64,000 nucleotides of DNA from Hemiscyllium ocellatum (lineage: Eukaryota), in assembly GCF_020745735.1 (NCBI RefSeq), contig NC_083408.1:81622484-81686483 (forward strand). The letters are read 5' to 3'. Positions 1-11,835 of this stretch are shown here, piece by piece. Numbering within the stretch: position 1 is the first letter of the stretch; each line of letters starts with the position of its first letter. A program made the translations under genes and the position numbers. Below the pieces are notes generated by a model, which was given only the letters and a program-made list of their open reading frames with translations, was not told the DNA's origin and ran no database searches.

Positions 1-150
1 CTACTTGGCGCACCCTCCTCATTCCTGATGAAGGGATTATGCCCGAAACGTCGATTCTCCTGTTCCTTTGATGCTGCCTGACCTGCTGCGCTTTTCCAGC
101 AACACATTTTCAAGCTCTGATCCCCAGCATCTGCAGTCCTCACTTTTTCC
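1..150 (+). mobile_element. Penelope-like element (family A) terminal fragment with hammerhead motif
   Basis: ATTC-CTGATGA-A-GGGA-TTAT-GCCC-GAAA-CG-TC-GATT at 21-56, followed by the same tail (GATGCTGCCTGACCTGCTGCGCTTTTCCAGC...) that follows GIY-YIG coding sequence at 24700 and 47670. Confidence 0.8.
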
Positions 151-1110
151 CTGGATGGTGTCGTCAAACAGAGAGACCTGGGGGTTCAGGTGCATAATTC
201 TTTGAAAGTTACATCACTGGTGGTGGAGAGGTTGGTTAAGAAGGTCTTTAGTAAGCCTGCGTTCATTGCTCAATCCATTGATTATGGGAACAGAAATTGC
301 TGGAAAAGCTTTACAGGTCTTGCAAGATCTATCGAAAGGAATCAGAATTAATGTTTCAAGTTGAGGGACCCTACCTCAGAACAGTTCAGTCACTCGACCC
401 AAAATGTTAACACTGATCTCTCTCTATAGACACTGCCAAACCTGCTGAGCTTTTCCAGCAATTTCTGTTTTTGTTTCTGATTTACAGCATCCTCAGTTCG
501 TTTAGTGTTCATTAACTGTAGGAGTTGGAAGGTTGAGGTTGTGCAGGATGTTGATGAGGTCTCTCTTTGAGTACTGTGTAAATTTTTGTTGCCCTGTTAT
601 AGGAAGGATATTATTAAATTGGAGAGCATTCAGAGAAGATTTACCAGGATGTTGCCAATACTGGAGGGTTGGAATTAAAGGGGTAGGCTGAATGGGCTGG
701 GGCTTTTTTTACTGGAGTTTAGCAGGTTGAGGGGTTACCATATTGAGGTTATAAAATCATGAGGGATATAGATAAGGTGAATAGCAAAGGTCCTTTCCCT
801 AGGGCGGGAGAATTCAAAACTAGGGCGCATATTTTTAAGGTGAGAGGAGGAAGATTTAAAAGGGACCTGAGGGGCAACTTTTTCACAGAGAGGGTGACTT
901 GTATGTGGGATGAACTGTCAGAGAAAGTGATGGATTTAGGTACAGCTGCAACATTGAAAAGATGTTTGGTTAGGTGCATGAATAGGAAAGGTTCAGAGGG
1001 ATATAGGACAAATGTACGCAAGTGGGACTAGTTTAATCTGGAAAACCTGGTTGGCATGGATGAGTTGAAATGAAGGGAATGTTTCTGTGGTGTATGACTC
1101 TTTGACTCTT
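151..1110 (+). mobile_element. CR1 LINE 3' fragment (end of RT ORF2 + 3' UTR), degraded
   Basis: Peptide MRDIDKVN...FKRDLRGNFFTERV..WDEL; tail TATGACTCTTTGACTCT; similar to 7000-7737. Confidence 0.9.
288..500. mobile_element. Older fold-back PLE-derived short element inserted in the CR1
   Basis: AACAGAAATTGCTGGAAAAGCT ... AGCTTTTCCAGCAATTTCTGTT inverted arms; decayed GTCACTCGACCCAAAATGTTAAC resembling HHR stem II/III; related pieces at ~21570-21670, ~46320-46430 and ~59900-60020. Confidence 0.55.
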
Positions 1111-3699
1111 TGGTGCGTTAATCACACAGGAAGAGTTATCAAAATTTCTCCATTCAGGATGTGATGGCCAGTGTTGATTCTAGTCCCTCCAAGATATTTT
1201 TCCTTAAGTTTGAACCATTGCTTCTTTGGCTTACAGCCAAGCATCATCAACGGATCTGTTTCTGGGACAATGGCATGTCCCAGTCCTTCCGAATACTTTT
1301 GAGAATTTAGCAAACAGACTAAGACAGGTATAGATATACCATAGAGCTGATCTAATCCCGTTCTTAACACAATTGTTTATCTCCTGATTTGACAGTTTAG
1401 ATTCTAGCCCTCCGCAATATTTTGTGTTATAAATATCATAGTTTGTGTCAGCTGAATGACAGAAATTCTTTTCTTATCATCTGCCTGTCAAGTATCTTTG
1501 TGGGAGATGCTATGCTGACATGTCAATATTGGACATGTTTTGAAGAAAGGACAAAATAATTGTCCATGTTTGGTACAGTCAGATATTTTTAAAAGTGCAA
1601 TCGTCACAATTACATCCTGAATGTCCATTGAAAGTATTCACACATGCAGCTTTATCGGGTAAACAGTCAACCTCCTATCAGATTGATTTAAAAACTGTTA
1701 AATACTTAATTGGGTAGGTTGTTATCATATTTGTGATGAAGGCAAAAGAATATTCATGGCATATGTTGCACAAAATCTGAGATTCTGTAACAAAAATACA
1801 ATGTCATATCTAGTCCCTGCACTGCTAACCTTCCTTTTTTGTTAGTTTCATCATTCTGTAATTTAGGGAGAAGGCATATCCAAGCTCAGCACTTTGAAAG
1901 CTGCTTGTCAAGGCAATTTTCAACCTGTTAAATGCTATTTCTCACATCCCATGGCCCTCAGCCTGGCAGCACTAATACCACTGTCATGGTGTCATCACTC
2001 AGCAACTGCGTTTTTTTGCCTGTTTTGAAATGAATTAATGCAGAAAGTTTTTCTTCGCTCTTTCTTACCAGTATTTATGGTGAGCCTTCCCTCCTGCTGC
2101 AGGAGAAACCCATGGTGACCATGGTGCAGTCATGAGGAGTGGCAAGTCCTGCAAATTACAATTTCAGTATGAATACCAAACATCATTAAGTATGCCTTTG
2201 AAAACAGTTCCAGTGCGCAGGATTCTGCACTGTGCCAATGTTAGTGCTGAAAATTAAATGTGAATTTCAGTCAGACTTGTTATCATCTTTCAAATACTTT
2301 GAATAGTATCCATGTTCATTTATTGAACTCCAGCTTTGAGTTTCACTTATGTAAATCAAATGGTTCTGAAAAATAGTAATTCTTTTATGATCTGACACTG
2401 TACAAAATGGATATTGCCTTGGAATCAAATGTTACTCTATATTCTGTCTGTTTGATTAAGAATTCTGTTTCTTTAAAGTTAATCTCATGGTAAATTTAAT
2501 TCTCATGATGGTGTTAGCACACACCAAGCTGTCAGTACAGCAGTTGTCATAGTAACAATCCAACGTCTTGGCAACTATTGAATCCAGCTGTCCTGAGTCT
2601 TTTTCTAAAACCTCACTTAGTGTTCAGGTTTCTCTTGGATATCACAGCTGGTCTGTAGCACTTATGATGCAATCCTCATGATGAGATCTCATCAGTGACC
2701 TGTTCGGACATGTTCTTTCATTGTGGTTTATTCAAAGTTTTAAAATCTATTTTAGCACCACTGCCTTCGTTTGAGATTTATAAGCGATGAATTTGCAAAT
2801 GGTAATACTTGCTTATTCCTGGAAATCTCATATTTCGAAAGGTGCATTCTATCCTTTTGTTTACTTGATTCCCCAGGTATGTGGCACAAACCTCTAACTG
2901 GCCATGACAGAACAGAACTTGAAAATGAAATACTGTCTATTTGCATTTTGTATACTGCTAGTGTCTTAAATGTTCCCTGCTCTTGGATGGACTGATATCA
3001 ATGCAAACAATAGTGTCAACTTTAACTCATAGATTTTCATGATGCATCATAGCTTGGTATATTGCAAATGGATATTGAGCTCAGAAAGGAGAAATTTGCG
3101 AAATCTTTGCCAAATAAATGTATTTTTTAAGGAAGATTTCAAAATCAGAGGACTAGAAAGCCTGAATGGCTTGGAGAGCAAATTCTAGACACTAGGAAGA
3201 CACCCACTGCCCAATGGCAGGATGAAAGGGACAAAGGAGACAGCAGTTAATGCTGATTCCAGGAAAGTGAATTGGTGAGGTTATCATAGGTTAAAGTGGT
3301 AATCCTGGTATATACCACAGAGCTTTGAAGCAGTTCAAATTGTTTCAGGATGAAGAATTTGATACCAGTAAGAAAAACATTAACGTAGATGTAGATAAAG
3401 GTGACAAAGACATGTACACTGAAATGATGATGAGTCAAACTCATGATGACAGGAAATTTCAGTTATATCAAAGTCACCAACCACCCCCGCTGGCAGAACA
3501 GCAAATAGCAGATAAAGTGGTAAATTGAAATTCCACCGTGGTAACTCCAGATTAGTTCAAACTGCCTAATCTTATTTTATGAATGCATCAATTAATCAGA
3601 GATGAATTAGACTACATGAGCATAAGATCATGGAGTGCAAGGCAAGCCATCATTTGAAAGTAAGATCTCCTTGTCAAAGCATATACAAAGCTGACAGGT

Positions 3700-3834
3700 A
3701 TGACTAAGCCTGTAAGAAAGTTAAAGGTGTTGTCAGTTGGAGAGAAGGTGAAGTTGTTGCAGCAAGAGGAAAACCAGGGTGCAAAGTGGAAAGAGGACTT
3801 TGCAAAGGAATGGGAGATTCCAGTGCCACAGTGA
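3700..3834 (+). pseudogene. Tigger/pogo transposase N-terminal (CENP-B-type HTH) remnant
   Basis: Manual translation MTKPVRKLKVLSVGEKVKLLQQEENQGAKWKEDFAKEWEIPVPQ* fits the RK.LS..EK..ll...E.G....diAkefgIP pattern of Tigger transposases. Confidence 0.6.
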
Positions 3835-5099
3835 AACACAAAGCAAAAAATTACAAATATTTACCAAGCATTTTTCAGTGCAAATCCTTTAGAGCATCAG
3901 GCTAGTGAAAGGTATAAACCAGTTGAACAAAGATTTTGTCACGCATTTTCCACTTTACTGTGTTTGAATTTGACATTTTAATCTGTTGTTTTTGACATGG
4001 ACTGTGTTTGTAGGCAGTTCAGGTTCTATAGAGATGCATTCTTGTGGGAATAGGGCTTCCTCAGCTATCTCAAAGCTTGTCTTAACATGGATTTGTAGGC
4101 AGATCGTTTGGATTCAACTCATCAGGATTTTACAACGAAAATGTTTCAGCATTTGAGAAGCTGAGGTAGGACTGGAGTCAGGCAATGTTGCAGTAGTAAC
4201 AGTGGAAATGGGTGGCCTTTTAGATTTGAAAGAAAATGTTGGGTATGTATCAAACAGAACAAATCATCCTGAAAGGTTTTATTAAACTTGAGAGAATGCC
4301 TGAGGAAGGGACATATTCATTAGCAAGGATGCAAATTTTGGCTTTTTAATAAATGTTGCAGCCGGGTGTATGAAGTAATTGAAAGATATAAGTGCACAAT
4401 GTTGGGAAGGCAGTTTCACCAGACTGAGTAAATGAGTCTGAAACACACCATGGCAGAAGGGGAAACTTGAATTCTGAAAGTAGTAAATTTTCCTTAGCCA
4501 GTAGGGAAGGTCCACCAGATTTCAGTGAGATCTAGATGCACGGCAATTATGAATTAAATGTTACTGTTGCCATGTAACTAAGTCAACAACCATTTAAATG
4601 TCCCTGTTTCTGGTCAAAGTGCTGTGCAAAGTTGGTCATATGCTGACAGCATTGCAGCAGTAGAAGAAATAGAAATGCTTCAGGTCACAGTTGGGTACTA
4701 AGGCTTCGATGTTCACTGAGTTGGGATGACTCAGGAGCAATTTAAAATGGCAGGAGGATCCCGATATTGGGATTTCCAAGCACATCTCCATTTTCCTTTG
4801 ATTTTTCAGGAATGCCTTTTAAGGTTGTGAGTTGGTTCAGGCCACAATTTACTTTTACAACTTAATTTTACCGTAATTAATCCTGACATACAGTTTGTTG
4901 CCCCATTCTTGATAGATTGTTTAGTTTTTGCCATTTTAAGAATGATGAATGATAAATACAAGAAAAAGGGATGATGGTATCAGTTTAATGCCATTGGATT
5001 TCTGAGCCAGAGACACAATGAGTGGCTCAAGGTTAACACTTGGATATCTGGATCCAAATTTCACGATATCAACTAATGGAATATAAATTACATTAATAA

Positions 5100-5340
5100 C
5101 TCTGGAATTAGAAGGTTGTCTCAGTAATGGTGAGAATATAAATATCATCAATTATTGTAAAAATCTATCTGGTTATCAAATTCCTTAAGTCTGCTGCCAT
5201 TATCTGGGTGTGGCCTATTTGTGACTCCAAAACCACAGCAAGTTAATTGTCCTCAGAAATGGGTGAGCCAGCTACTCAGTTCAAGGATAGTTATGAATGG
5301 GCAATAAATGCTGGCCCAGCCACTGATTGGGACATAAAAT
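5100..5340 (+). mobile_element. Old SINE 3' part with LINE-derived tail
   Basis: GTGACTCCA..CCACAGCAA..TTCAAGG..GGGCAATAAATGCTGGCCCAGCCA, shared with 31340-31550, 36700-36770 and 41620-41720. Confidence 0.6.
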
Positions 5341-5409
5341 TTTTCCCTATGTCATTAATTATTGTTTTGTCAGTCATTTTTAATGTATATCCTCTAGTTA
5401 CGGACAGAA

Positions 5410-7737
5410 ATGGAAGAGATCTTGGGAAATAAGGCAGGGCAGGTGACTGAGCTGTCAGTGGGGGAGCACTTTGGGCCCAGTGACATTAATTCTATTCGTT
5501 TTAAAATAGTGATAGAAAAGGACAGACCAGATCTAAAAGTTGAAGTTCTAAATTGGAGAAAGGCCAATTTTGACGGTATTAGGCAAGAACTTTCGAAAGC
5601 TGATTGGAGGCAGATGTTCACAGGTAAAGGGATGGCTGGAAATTGGGAAGCCTTCAGAAATGAGATAACGAGAATCCAGAGAAAGTATATTCCGGTCAGG
5701 GTGAAAGGAAAGGCTGGTAGGGAATGCTAGATGACTAAAGAAATTGAGGGTTTGATTATGAAAAAGAAGGAAGCATATGTTGGGTATAGACAGGATAGAT
5801 CGAGTGAATCCTTAGAAGAGTATAAAGGCAGGAGGAGTATACTTGAGAGAGAAATCAGGAGGGCAAAAAGGGGACATGAGATAGCTTTGGCAAATAGAAT
5901 AAAGGAGAATCCAAAGGGTTTTTACAAGTATAGTAAGGACAAAAAGGTAACTAGGGAGAGAATAGGGCCTCTCAAAGATCAGCAAGGCGGCCTTTGTGAG
6001 GAGCCGCAGAAAATGGGGGAGATACTAAATGAATATTTTGCATCAGTAATTACTGTGGAAAAGGATATGGAAGATATAGACTGTAGGGAAATAGATGGTG
6101 ACATCTTGCAAAATGTCCAGATTATAGAGGAGGAAGTGCTGGATGTCTTGAAACGGGTACAGGTAGATAAATCCCCAGGACCTGATCAGGTGTATCCGAG
6201 AACTTTGTGGGAAGCTAGAGAAGTGATTGCTGGGCCTCTTGCTGAGATATTTGTATAATTGATAGTCAGGTGAGGTGCCGGAAGACTGGAGGTTGGCAAA
6301 TGTGGTGCCACTGTTTAAGAAGGGCCGTAAAGACCAGCCAGGGAACTATAGACCGATGAGCCTGACCTCAGTATTGGGCAAATTGTTGGAGGGAATCCTG
6401 AGGGACAGGATGTACATGTATTTGGAAAGGCAAGGACTGATTAGGGATAGTCAACATGGCTTAGTGCATGGGAAATCATGTCTCACAAACTTGATTGAGT
6501 TTTTTGAAGAAGTAACAAAGAGGATTGATGAGGGCAGAGCAGTAGATGTGATCTATATGGACTTCAGTAAGGTGTTCGAAAAGGTACCCCATGGGAGACT
6601 GATTAGCAAGGTTAGATCTCATGGAATACAGGGGGAACTAACCATTTGGATACAGAACAGGCTCAAAGGTAGAAGACAGAGGGTGGTGGTGGATGTTAGT
6701 TTTTCAGACTGGATGCCTGTGAGCAGTGGAGTGCCACAAGTATCGGTACTGGGCCTTCTACTTTTTGTCATTTACATAAATGATTTGGATGCGAGCATAA
6801 GAGGTACAGTTAGTAAGTTTACAGATGATACCAAAATTGGAGGTGCAGTGGACAGCGAAGAGGGTTACCTCAGATTACAACAGGATCTGGACCAGCTGGG
6901 CCAATGGGCTGAGAAGTGGCAGATGGAGTTTAATTCAGATAAATGCGAGGTGCTGCATTTTGGGAAAGCAAATCTTACCAGGACGAATACATTTAATGGT
7001 AAGTTCCTAGGGAGTGTTGCTAAACAAAGAGACCTTGGAATGCAGGTTCATAGCTTCTTGAAAGTAGAGTCGCAGGTAGATAGGATAGTGAAGAAGGCGT
7101 TTGGTATGCTTTCCTTTATTGGTCAGAGTATTGAGTATAGGAGTTGGGAGGTCATATTGCAGCTGTACAGGACATTGGTTAGGCCATTGTTGGAATATTG
7201 CATGCATTTCTAGTCTCCTTCCTATTGGAAAGAAATGTGAAACTTGAAAGGGTTCAGAAAAGATTTACAAGGATGTTGCTAGGGTTGGAGAATTTGAGCT
7301 ATTGGGAGAGACTGAACAGGCTGGGGCTGTTTTCCCTGGAGCATTGGAGGCTGAGGGGTGACCTGATAGAGGTTTACAAAATGATGAGGGGCATGGATAG
7401 GATAAATAGGCAAAGTCTTTTCCCCGAGGTTGGAAGTCCAGAACTAGAGGGCACAAGTTTAGGGTGAGAGGGGAAAGATATAAAAGAGACCTACGGGGCA
7501 ATATTTTCATGCAGAGGGTGGTATTTGTGTGGAATGAGCTGTGAGAGGATGTGGTAGAGTTTGGTACAATTGCAACATTTAAGAGGCATTTGGATGGGTA
7601 TATGAATAGGAAGGGTTTGGAGGGATATGGGCCGGGTGCTGGCAGGTGGGACTAGATTGGGTTGGGATATCTAGTCAGCATGGACTGGTTGGACCGAAGG
7701 ATCTGTTTCCATGCTGTACATCTCTATGACTCTATGA
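5410..7737 (+). mobile_element. Young 5'-truncated CR1 (HER1-like) LINE; RT ORF2 broken by stops and frameshifts
   Basis: ORFs 5410-5730, 5731-6258, 6275-7213 and 7198-7467 carry KSPGPD, PEDWRLANVVPLFKKG, VIYMDFSK, SGVPQ, FTDDTK; 3' tail TCTATGACTCTATGA. Confidence 0.97.
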
Positions 7738-7774
7738 GATCTAAAGCTCTGGTTTTTCCTTTACTGTTCAAAAT

Positions 7775-7994
7775 TAAAGTTAAAAGTCACACAACACCAG
7801 GTTATAGTCCAACAGGTTTAATTAGAAGCACTAGCTTTTGGAGCGTTGCTCCTTCATCAGGTGATAGCGGAGGGCTGATGAAGGAATGTCGCTCCGAAAG
7901 CTAGTGCTTCCAATTAAACCTGTTAGACTATAACCTGGTGTTGTGTGACTTTTAATTTTGTGCATCCCAGTCCAACACCGGCATCTCCAGATCA
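7775..7994. mobile_element. Non-autonomous fold-back PLE unit (family C) with inverted HHR cores
   Basis: ~85-bp inverted arms around GTGATAGCGGAGGG; CTGATGA...GCTCC(G/A)AAAGCTAGTG on both strands; probable TSD TGTTCA(A/C)AAT at 7765-7774 and 7995-8004. Confidence 0.85.
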
Positions 7995-8421
7995 TGTTCA
8001 CAATCAGTGTGCTTTTGGAAAGGAAAATGGCTGTGTTCTTAACTATTGAGTGTGGTCAAGCTGAATGTTTGGCTGAAAGAAGATTATTTATAAATACACT
8101 CACTCTGAAAGTGGAATTATATGTTACTCATTTACTCACCAGTCATACACACACTCAAAGGATAGTGCACATTTACAAATTAGAAGCAAAAGACATTTTG
8201 TAAATCACATGATTTGGCTTGTCTTTGTGAACAAGCAGGAGTGGCAAGACCTGAAGGATAGTCTGTGTGGATTCATTAGCTGGAGTTTTACATCAGGGCT
8301 GTTGCAAGATTCCTTCAAAAAGGTCTTTAAATTGTTGCTCACATGTCATCTTATTACTGGAAAATGCAGGAATAGGGTATGGTCATATTAAATAACGGAG
8401 CAGGGTATGATTATATTGAAT

Positions 8422-8746
8422 GGGCGACATGGTGGCTCAGTGGATAGCACTGATATCTCACAGCACCAGGGACCCAGGTTTGATTCCAGCCTTGGGCAAC
8501 TGTCTGTGTGGAGTTTGCACATTCTCCCCACGTTTGTGTGGGTTTCCTTCAGGTGCTCCGGTTTCCTCCCACAATCCAAAGATGTGCAGGTGAGGTGAAT
8601 TGGCCATGCCAAATTGCCCATAGTATAAGGTGCATTAGTCAGGGGTAAATGTAAGGTAGGGGAATGAGTCTGGGTGGGTTACTCTTCAGAGGGTCAGTAT
8701 GGGCCTGTTGAGCTAAAAAACCTGTTTCCATACTGTAGGGAATCTA
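8422..8746 (+). mobile_element. HE1-type tRNA-derived SINE
   Basis: A box TGGCTCAGTGG, B box GGTTTGATTCC, body GTGTGGAGTTTGCACATTCTCCCC; TSD TTGAATGG. Confidence 0.9.
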
Positions 8747-8747
8747 G

Positions 8748-9120
8748 TTGAATGGCTGAGCAGGGTATGATCATATTCAGTGGCTGAGCTATGACCATAG
8801 TGAATGGTTGAGCAGGGGATGACCATATTGAATGGTTGAGCAGGGTATGACCATATTGAATGGTTGGGAGGGTATGACCATATTGAATGGTTAGGAGGGG
8901 ATGACCATATTGAATGGTTGGGAGCGTATGACCATATTGAATGGTTGAGCAGGGGATGACCATATTGAATGGTTGAGCAGGGGATGACCATATTGAGTGA
9001 TTGAGCAGGGGATGACCATATTGAATGGTTGAGCAGGGGATGACCATATTGAGTGATTGAGCAGGGGATGACCATATTGAGTGATTGAGCAGGGGATGAT
9101 CATATTGCATGGTTGAGCAG
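8748..9120 (+). repeat. 28-bp minisatellite (GAGCAGGGGATGACCATATTGAATGGTT), ~13 copies, derived from a CR1 3' UTR
   Basis: Tandem units are directly visible; two more degenerate units at 8373-8422; the array runs into a CR1-type end GCAGGCTTGAAAAGACAAATGGTCTACT. Confidence 0.92.
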
Positions 9121-9797
9121 GCTTGAAAAGACAAATGGTCTACTATTTTCTGTGTTTCTAAGTTACAATCAGCTTTCTGGGCTAGTGGACTTGAATAGGA
9201 ATAAGCATGGAGACTTAGATTATTGAAATGTGTTTTGACCCTTTCTGCTGTTGTTGTCACTGCAGTTGGTGTTCATAGGTTGTCTGGTTTCTCCCATCCT
9301 TAAGGTAACAAGGTTTGTTATCTGTAATCAGTTTTATTCACATGATCAATATTTTGATTGTCCGCCTCAAACGACTTAAAGTTAGAAGCAATTGCTTTGT
9401 GAACACTTACGAATAATTTGACTGAATTTTATGTAGCACTCATCATTAAGTTTTGAACATGGATACAGGGATGCTAAAGGTCTATTTATTTTGGTTTTGG
9501 ATAAAACAATCAATTGAAAGCGTGAATTCCAGAGGTAAGTTTCATCCTAGTATATTTATTCAAGGTGAGACACCACACCTATTGTCAGATAAGTAACTTG
9601 CCCAAGACTTGAGACCATTCAACTCCTAGTAGCCTTTCAGTGTCTGTTTTAAAAGAAACTGAGTTCTAGAATATTCCAAGCTGATTATAACTTGTGTTTT
9701 AAAGTTATGAATGGGAATATGCTTAAAATCTGATTGAAGATTTGTAGCTCGGGTATCCGTTGTTGTGGTTCTGCTCGCCGAGCTGGAAGTTTTTGCT

Positions 9798-9837
9798 GCA
9801 AACGTTTCGTTCCCTGGCTAGGGAACATCATCAGTGC
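9798..9837 (-). ncRNA. Minimal type I hammerhead ribozyme (PLE family B)
   Basis: Reverse complement reads GCA-CTGATGA-T-GTTCCCT-AGCC-AGGGAAC-GAAA-CG-TT-TGC. Confidence 0.85.
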
Positions 9838-10994
9838 TGTTGGAGCCTCGTGTGAAGCGCTGCTTTGATGTTTCTTCCGGTATTTATATTGGTTTGTTCT
9901 TGCCGCTTCCGGGTGTCAGTTTCAGCTGCAGTGATTTGTATGTAGGGTCCATGTCGATGTGTCTGTTGATGGATGTTCTTGCCATTTCCGGGTGTCAGTT
10001 TCAGCTGTAGTGGTTTGTATATGGTGTCCAGGTCAATGTGTCTGTTGATGGAGTTTGGGGATGAATGCCATGCTTCTAGGAATTCTCTGGCTGTTCTCTG
10101 TCTGGCTTGTCCTATGATAGTGGTGTTTTCCCAGTCAAATTCATGTTGCTGGTTGTCTGAGTGTATGGCTACTAGAGATAGCTGGTCGTGTCGTTTTGTG
10201 GCTAGCTGATGTTCATGGATGCGGATTGTTAGCTGTTTTCCTGTTTGTCCTATATAGTGTTTTGTGCAGTCCTTGCATGGTATTTTGTAAACTACGTTAG
10301 TTTGGCTCATGCTGGGTATTGGGTCCTTTGTTCTAGTGAGTTGTTGTCTGAGCGTGGATGTTGGCTTGTGTGCTGTTATGAGTCCTAAGGGTCGCAGTAG
10401 TCTGGCTGTCAGTTCTGAGACGTATGGTAGAGTGGCTAGTCCTTTTGGTTGTGGCATGTCCTCGTTCCTCGGTCTATCTCTTAGGCATCTGGTGATAAAG
10501 GTGCATGGGTATCCGTTTTTGGCGAATACCTTGTATAGATGTTCCTCTTCCTTTTTTCGCAGTTCTGGTGTACTGCAGTGTGTTGTGGCCCTTTTGAATA
10601 GTGTCCTGATGCAGCTTCGTTTGTGTGTGTTGGGGTGGTTACTTTCATAGTTTAAGACTTGGTCTGTGTGTGTTGGTTTCCTGTGTACCCTTGTGGTGAA
10701 TTCTCCATTGGGTGTTCTCTCTACTAACACGTCTAGGAATGGGAGTTGGCTATCCTTTTCCTCTTCTCGTGTGAATCGGATTCCTGTGAGTGTGGCGTTG
10801 ATGATTCGGTGTGTTTTTTCTATATCTGTGTTTTCGATGATTACAAAGGTGTCATCAACATATCTGATCCAGAGTTTGGGTTGGATTTGTGGTATGGCTG
10901 TGTGTTCTAACCTTTGCATAACTGCCTCTGCTATGAGTCCCGAGATTGGTGATCCCATGGGTGTTCCGTTGATTTGTTCGTATATCTGATTGTC
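9831..10994 (-). CDS. Penelope RT C-terminal half + GIY-YIG endonuclease (5'-truncated, open frame)
   Basis: GTPMGSPIS, RYVDDTF, LPFLDVLV, HRKPTHTDQVLNYESNHP, NVVYKIPCKDCTKHYIGQT, RIHEH, REFLEAWHS. Confidence 0.93.
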   Translation of the reverse strand, partial: DNQIYEQINGTPMGSPISGLIAEAVMQRLEHTAIPQIQPKLWIRYVDDTFVIIENTDIEKTHRIINATLTGIRFTREEEKDSQLPFLDVLVERTPNGEFTTRVHRKPTHTDQVLNYESNHPNTHKRSCIRTLFKRATTHCSTPELRKKEEEHLYKVFAKNGYPCTFITRCLRDRPRNEDMPQPKGLATLPYVSELTARLLRPLGLITAHKPTSTLRQQLTRTKDPIPSMSQTNVVYKIPCKDCTKHYIGQTGKQLTIRIHEHQLATKRHDQLSLVAIHSDNQQHEFDWENTTIIGQARQRTAREFLEAWHSSPNSINRHIDLDTIYKPLQLKLTPGNGKNIHQQTHRHGPYIQITAAETDTRKRQEQTNINTGRNIKAALHTRLQQH

Positions 10995-11802
10995 AACACA
11001 CAAACGAAGCTGCATCAGGACACTATTCAAAAGGGCCACAACACACTGCAGTACACCAGAACTGCGAAAAGAGGAAGAGGAACATCTATACAAGGTATTC
11101 GCCAAAAACGGATACCCACGCAACTTTATCACCAGATGCCTAAGAGATAGACCGAGGAACGAGGACATGCCACAACCAAAAGGACTAGCCACTCTACCAT
11201 ACGTCAGGAGCGTCTCAGAACTGACAGCCAGACTACTGCGACCCTTAGGACTCATAACAGCACACAAGCCAACATCCACGCTCAGACAACAACTCACTAG
11301 AACAAAGGACCCAATACCCAGCATGAGCCAAACTAACGTAGTTTACAAAATACCATGCAAGGACTGCACAAAACACTATATAGGACAAACAGGAAAACAG
11401 CTAACAATCCGCATCCATGAACATCAGCTAGCCACAAAACGACACGACCAGCTATCTCTAGTAGCCATACACTCAGACAACCAGCAACATGAATTTGACT
11501 GGGAAAACACCACTATCATAGGACAAGCCAGACAGAGAACAGCCAGAGAATTCCTAGAAGCATGGCATTCATCCCCAAACTCCATCAACAGACACATTGA
11601 CCTGGACACCATATACAAACCACTACAGCTGAAACTGACACCCGGAAACGGCAAGAACATCCATCAACAGACACATCGACATGGACCCTACATACAAATC
11701 ACTGCAGCTGAAACTGACACCTGGAAGCGGCAAGAACAAACCAATATAAATACCGGAAGAAACATCAAAGCAGCGCTTCACACGAGGCTCCAACAGCACT
11801 GA
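10994..11802 (+). CDS. Penelope thumb + GIY-YIG endonuclease (second, shorter inverted copy)
   Basis: Same peptide as the minus copy, which has a 9-nt in-frame deletion (YVRSVSE vs YVSE); the stop TGA lies inside the CTGATGA ribozyme core. Confidence 0.9.
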
Positions 11803-11835
11803 TGATGTTCCCTAGCCAGGGAACGAAACGTTTGC
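11796..11835 (+). ncRNA. Minimal type I hammerhead ribozyme (PLE family B)
   Basis: GCA/TGC stem I, CTGATGA core, 7-bp stem II, GAAA, palindromic AAACGTTT in place of stem III. Confidence 0.85.

Noticed and set aside
5410-7467. Active CR1 or domesticated RT gene
   Set aside because: 5'-truncated with in-frame stops (5728, 6256, 7211) and frameshifts
8694-9260. ORFs with IQYGHPLLNHSIWSSPAQ repeats
   Set aside because: Translation of the 28-bp minisatellite
10995-11324. N-terminal ~110 aa of the 497-aa minus ORF
   Set aside because: This is the antisense of the inverted arm (same peptide as ORF 10309-10650), not part of the Penelope protein
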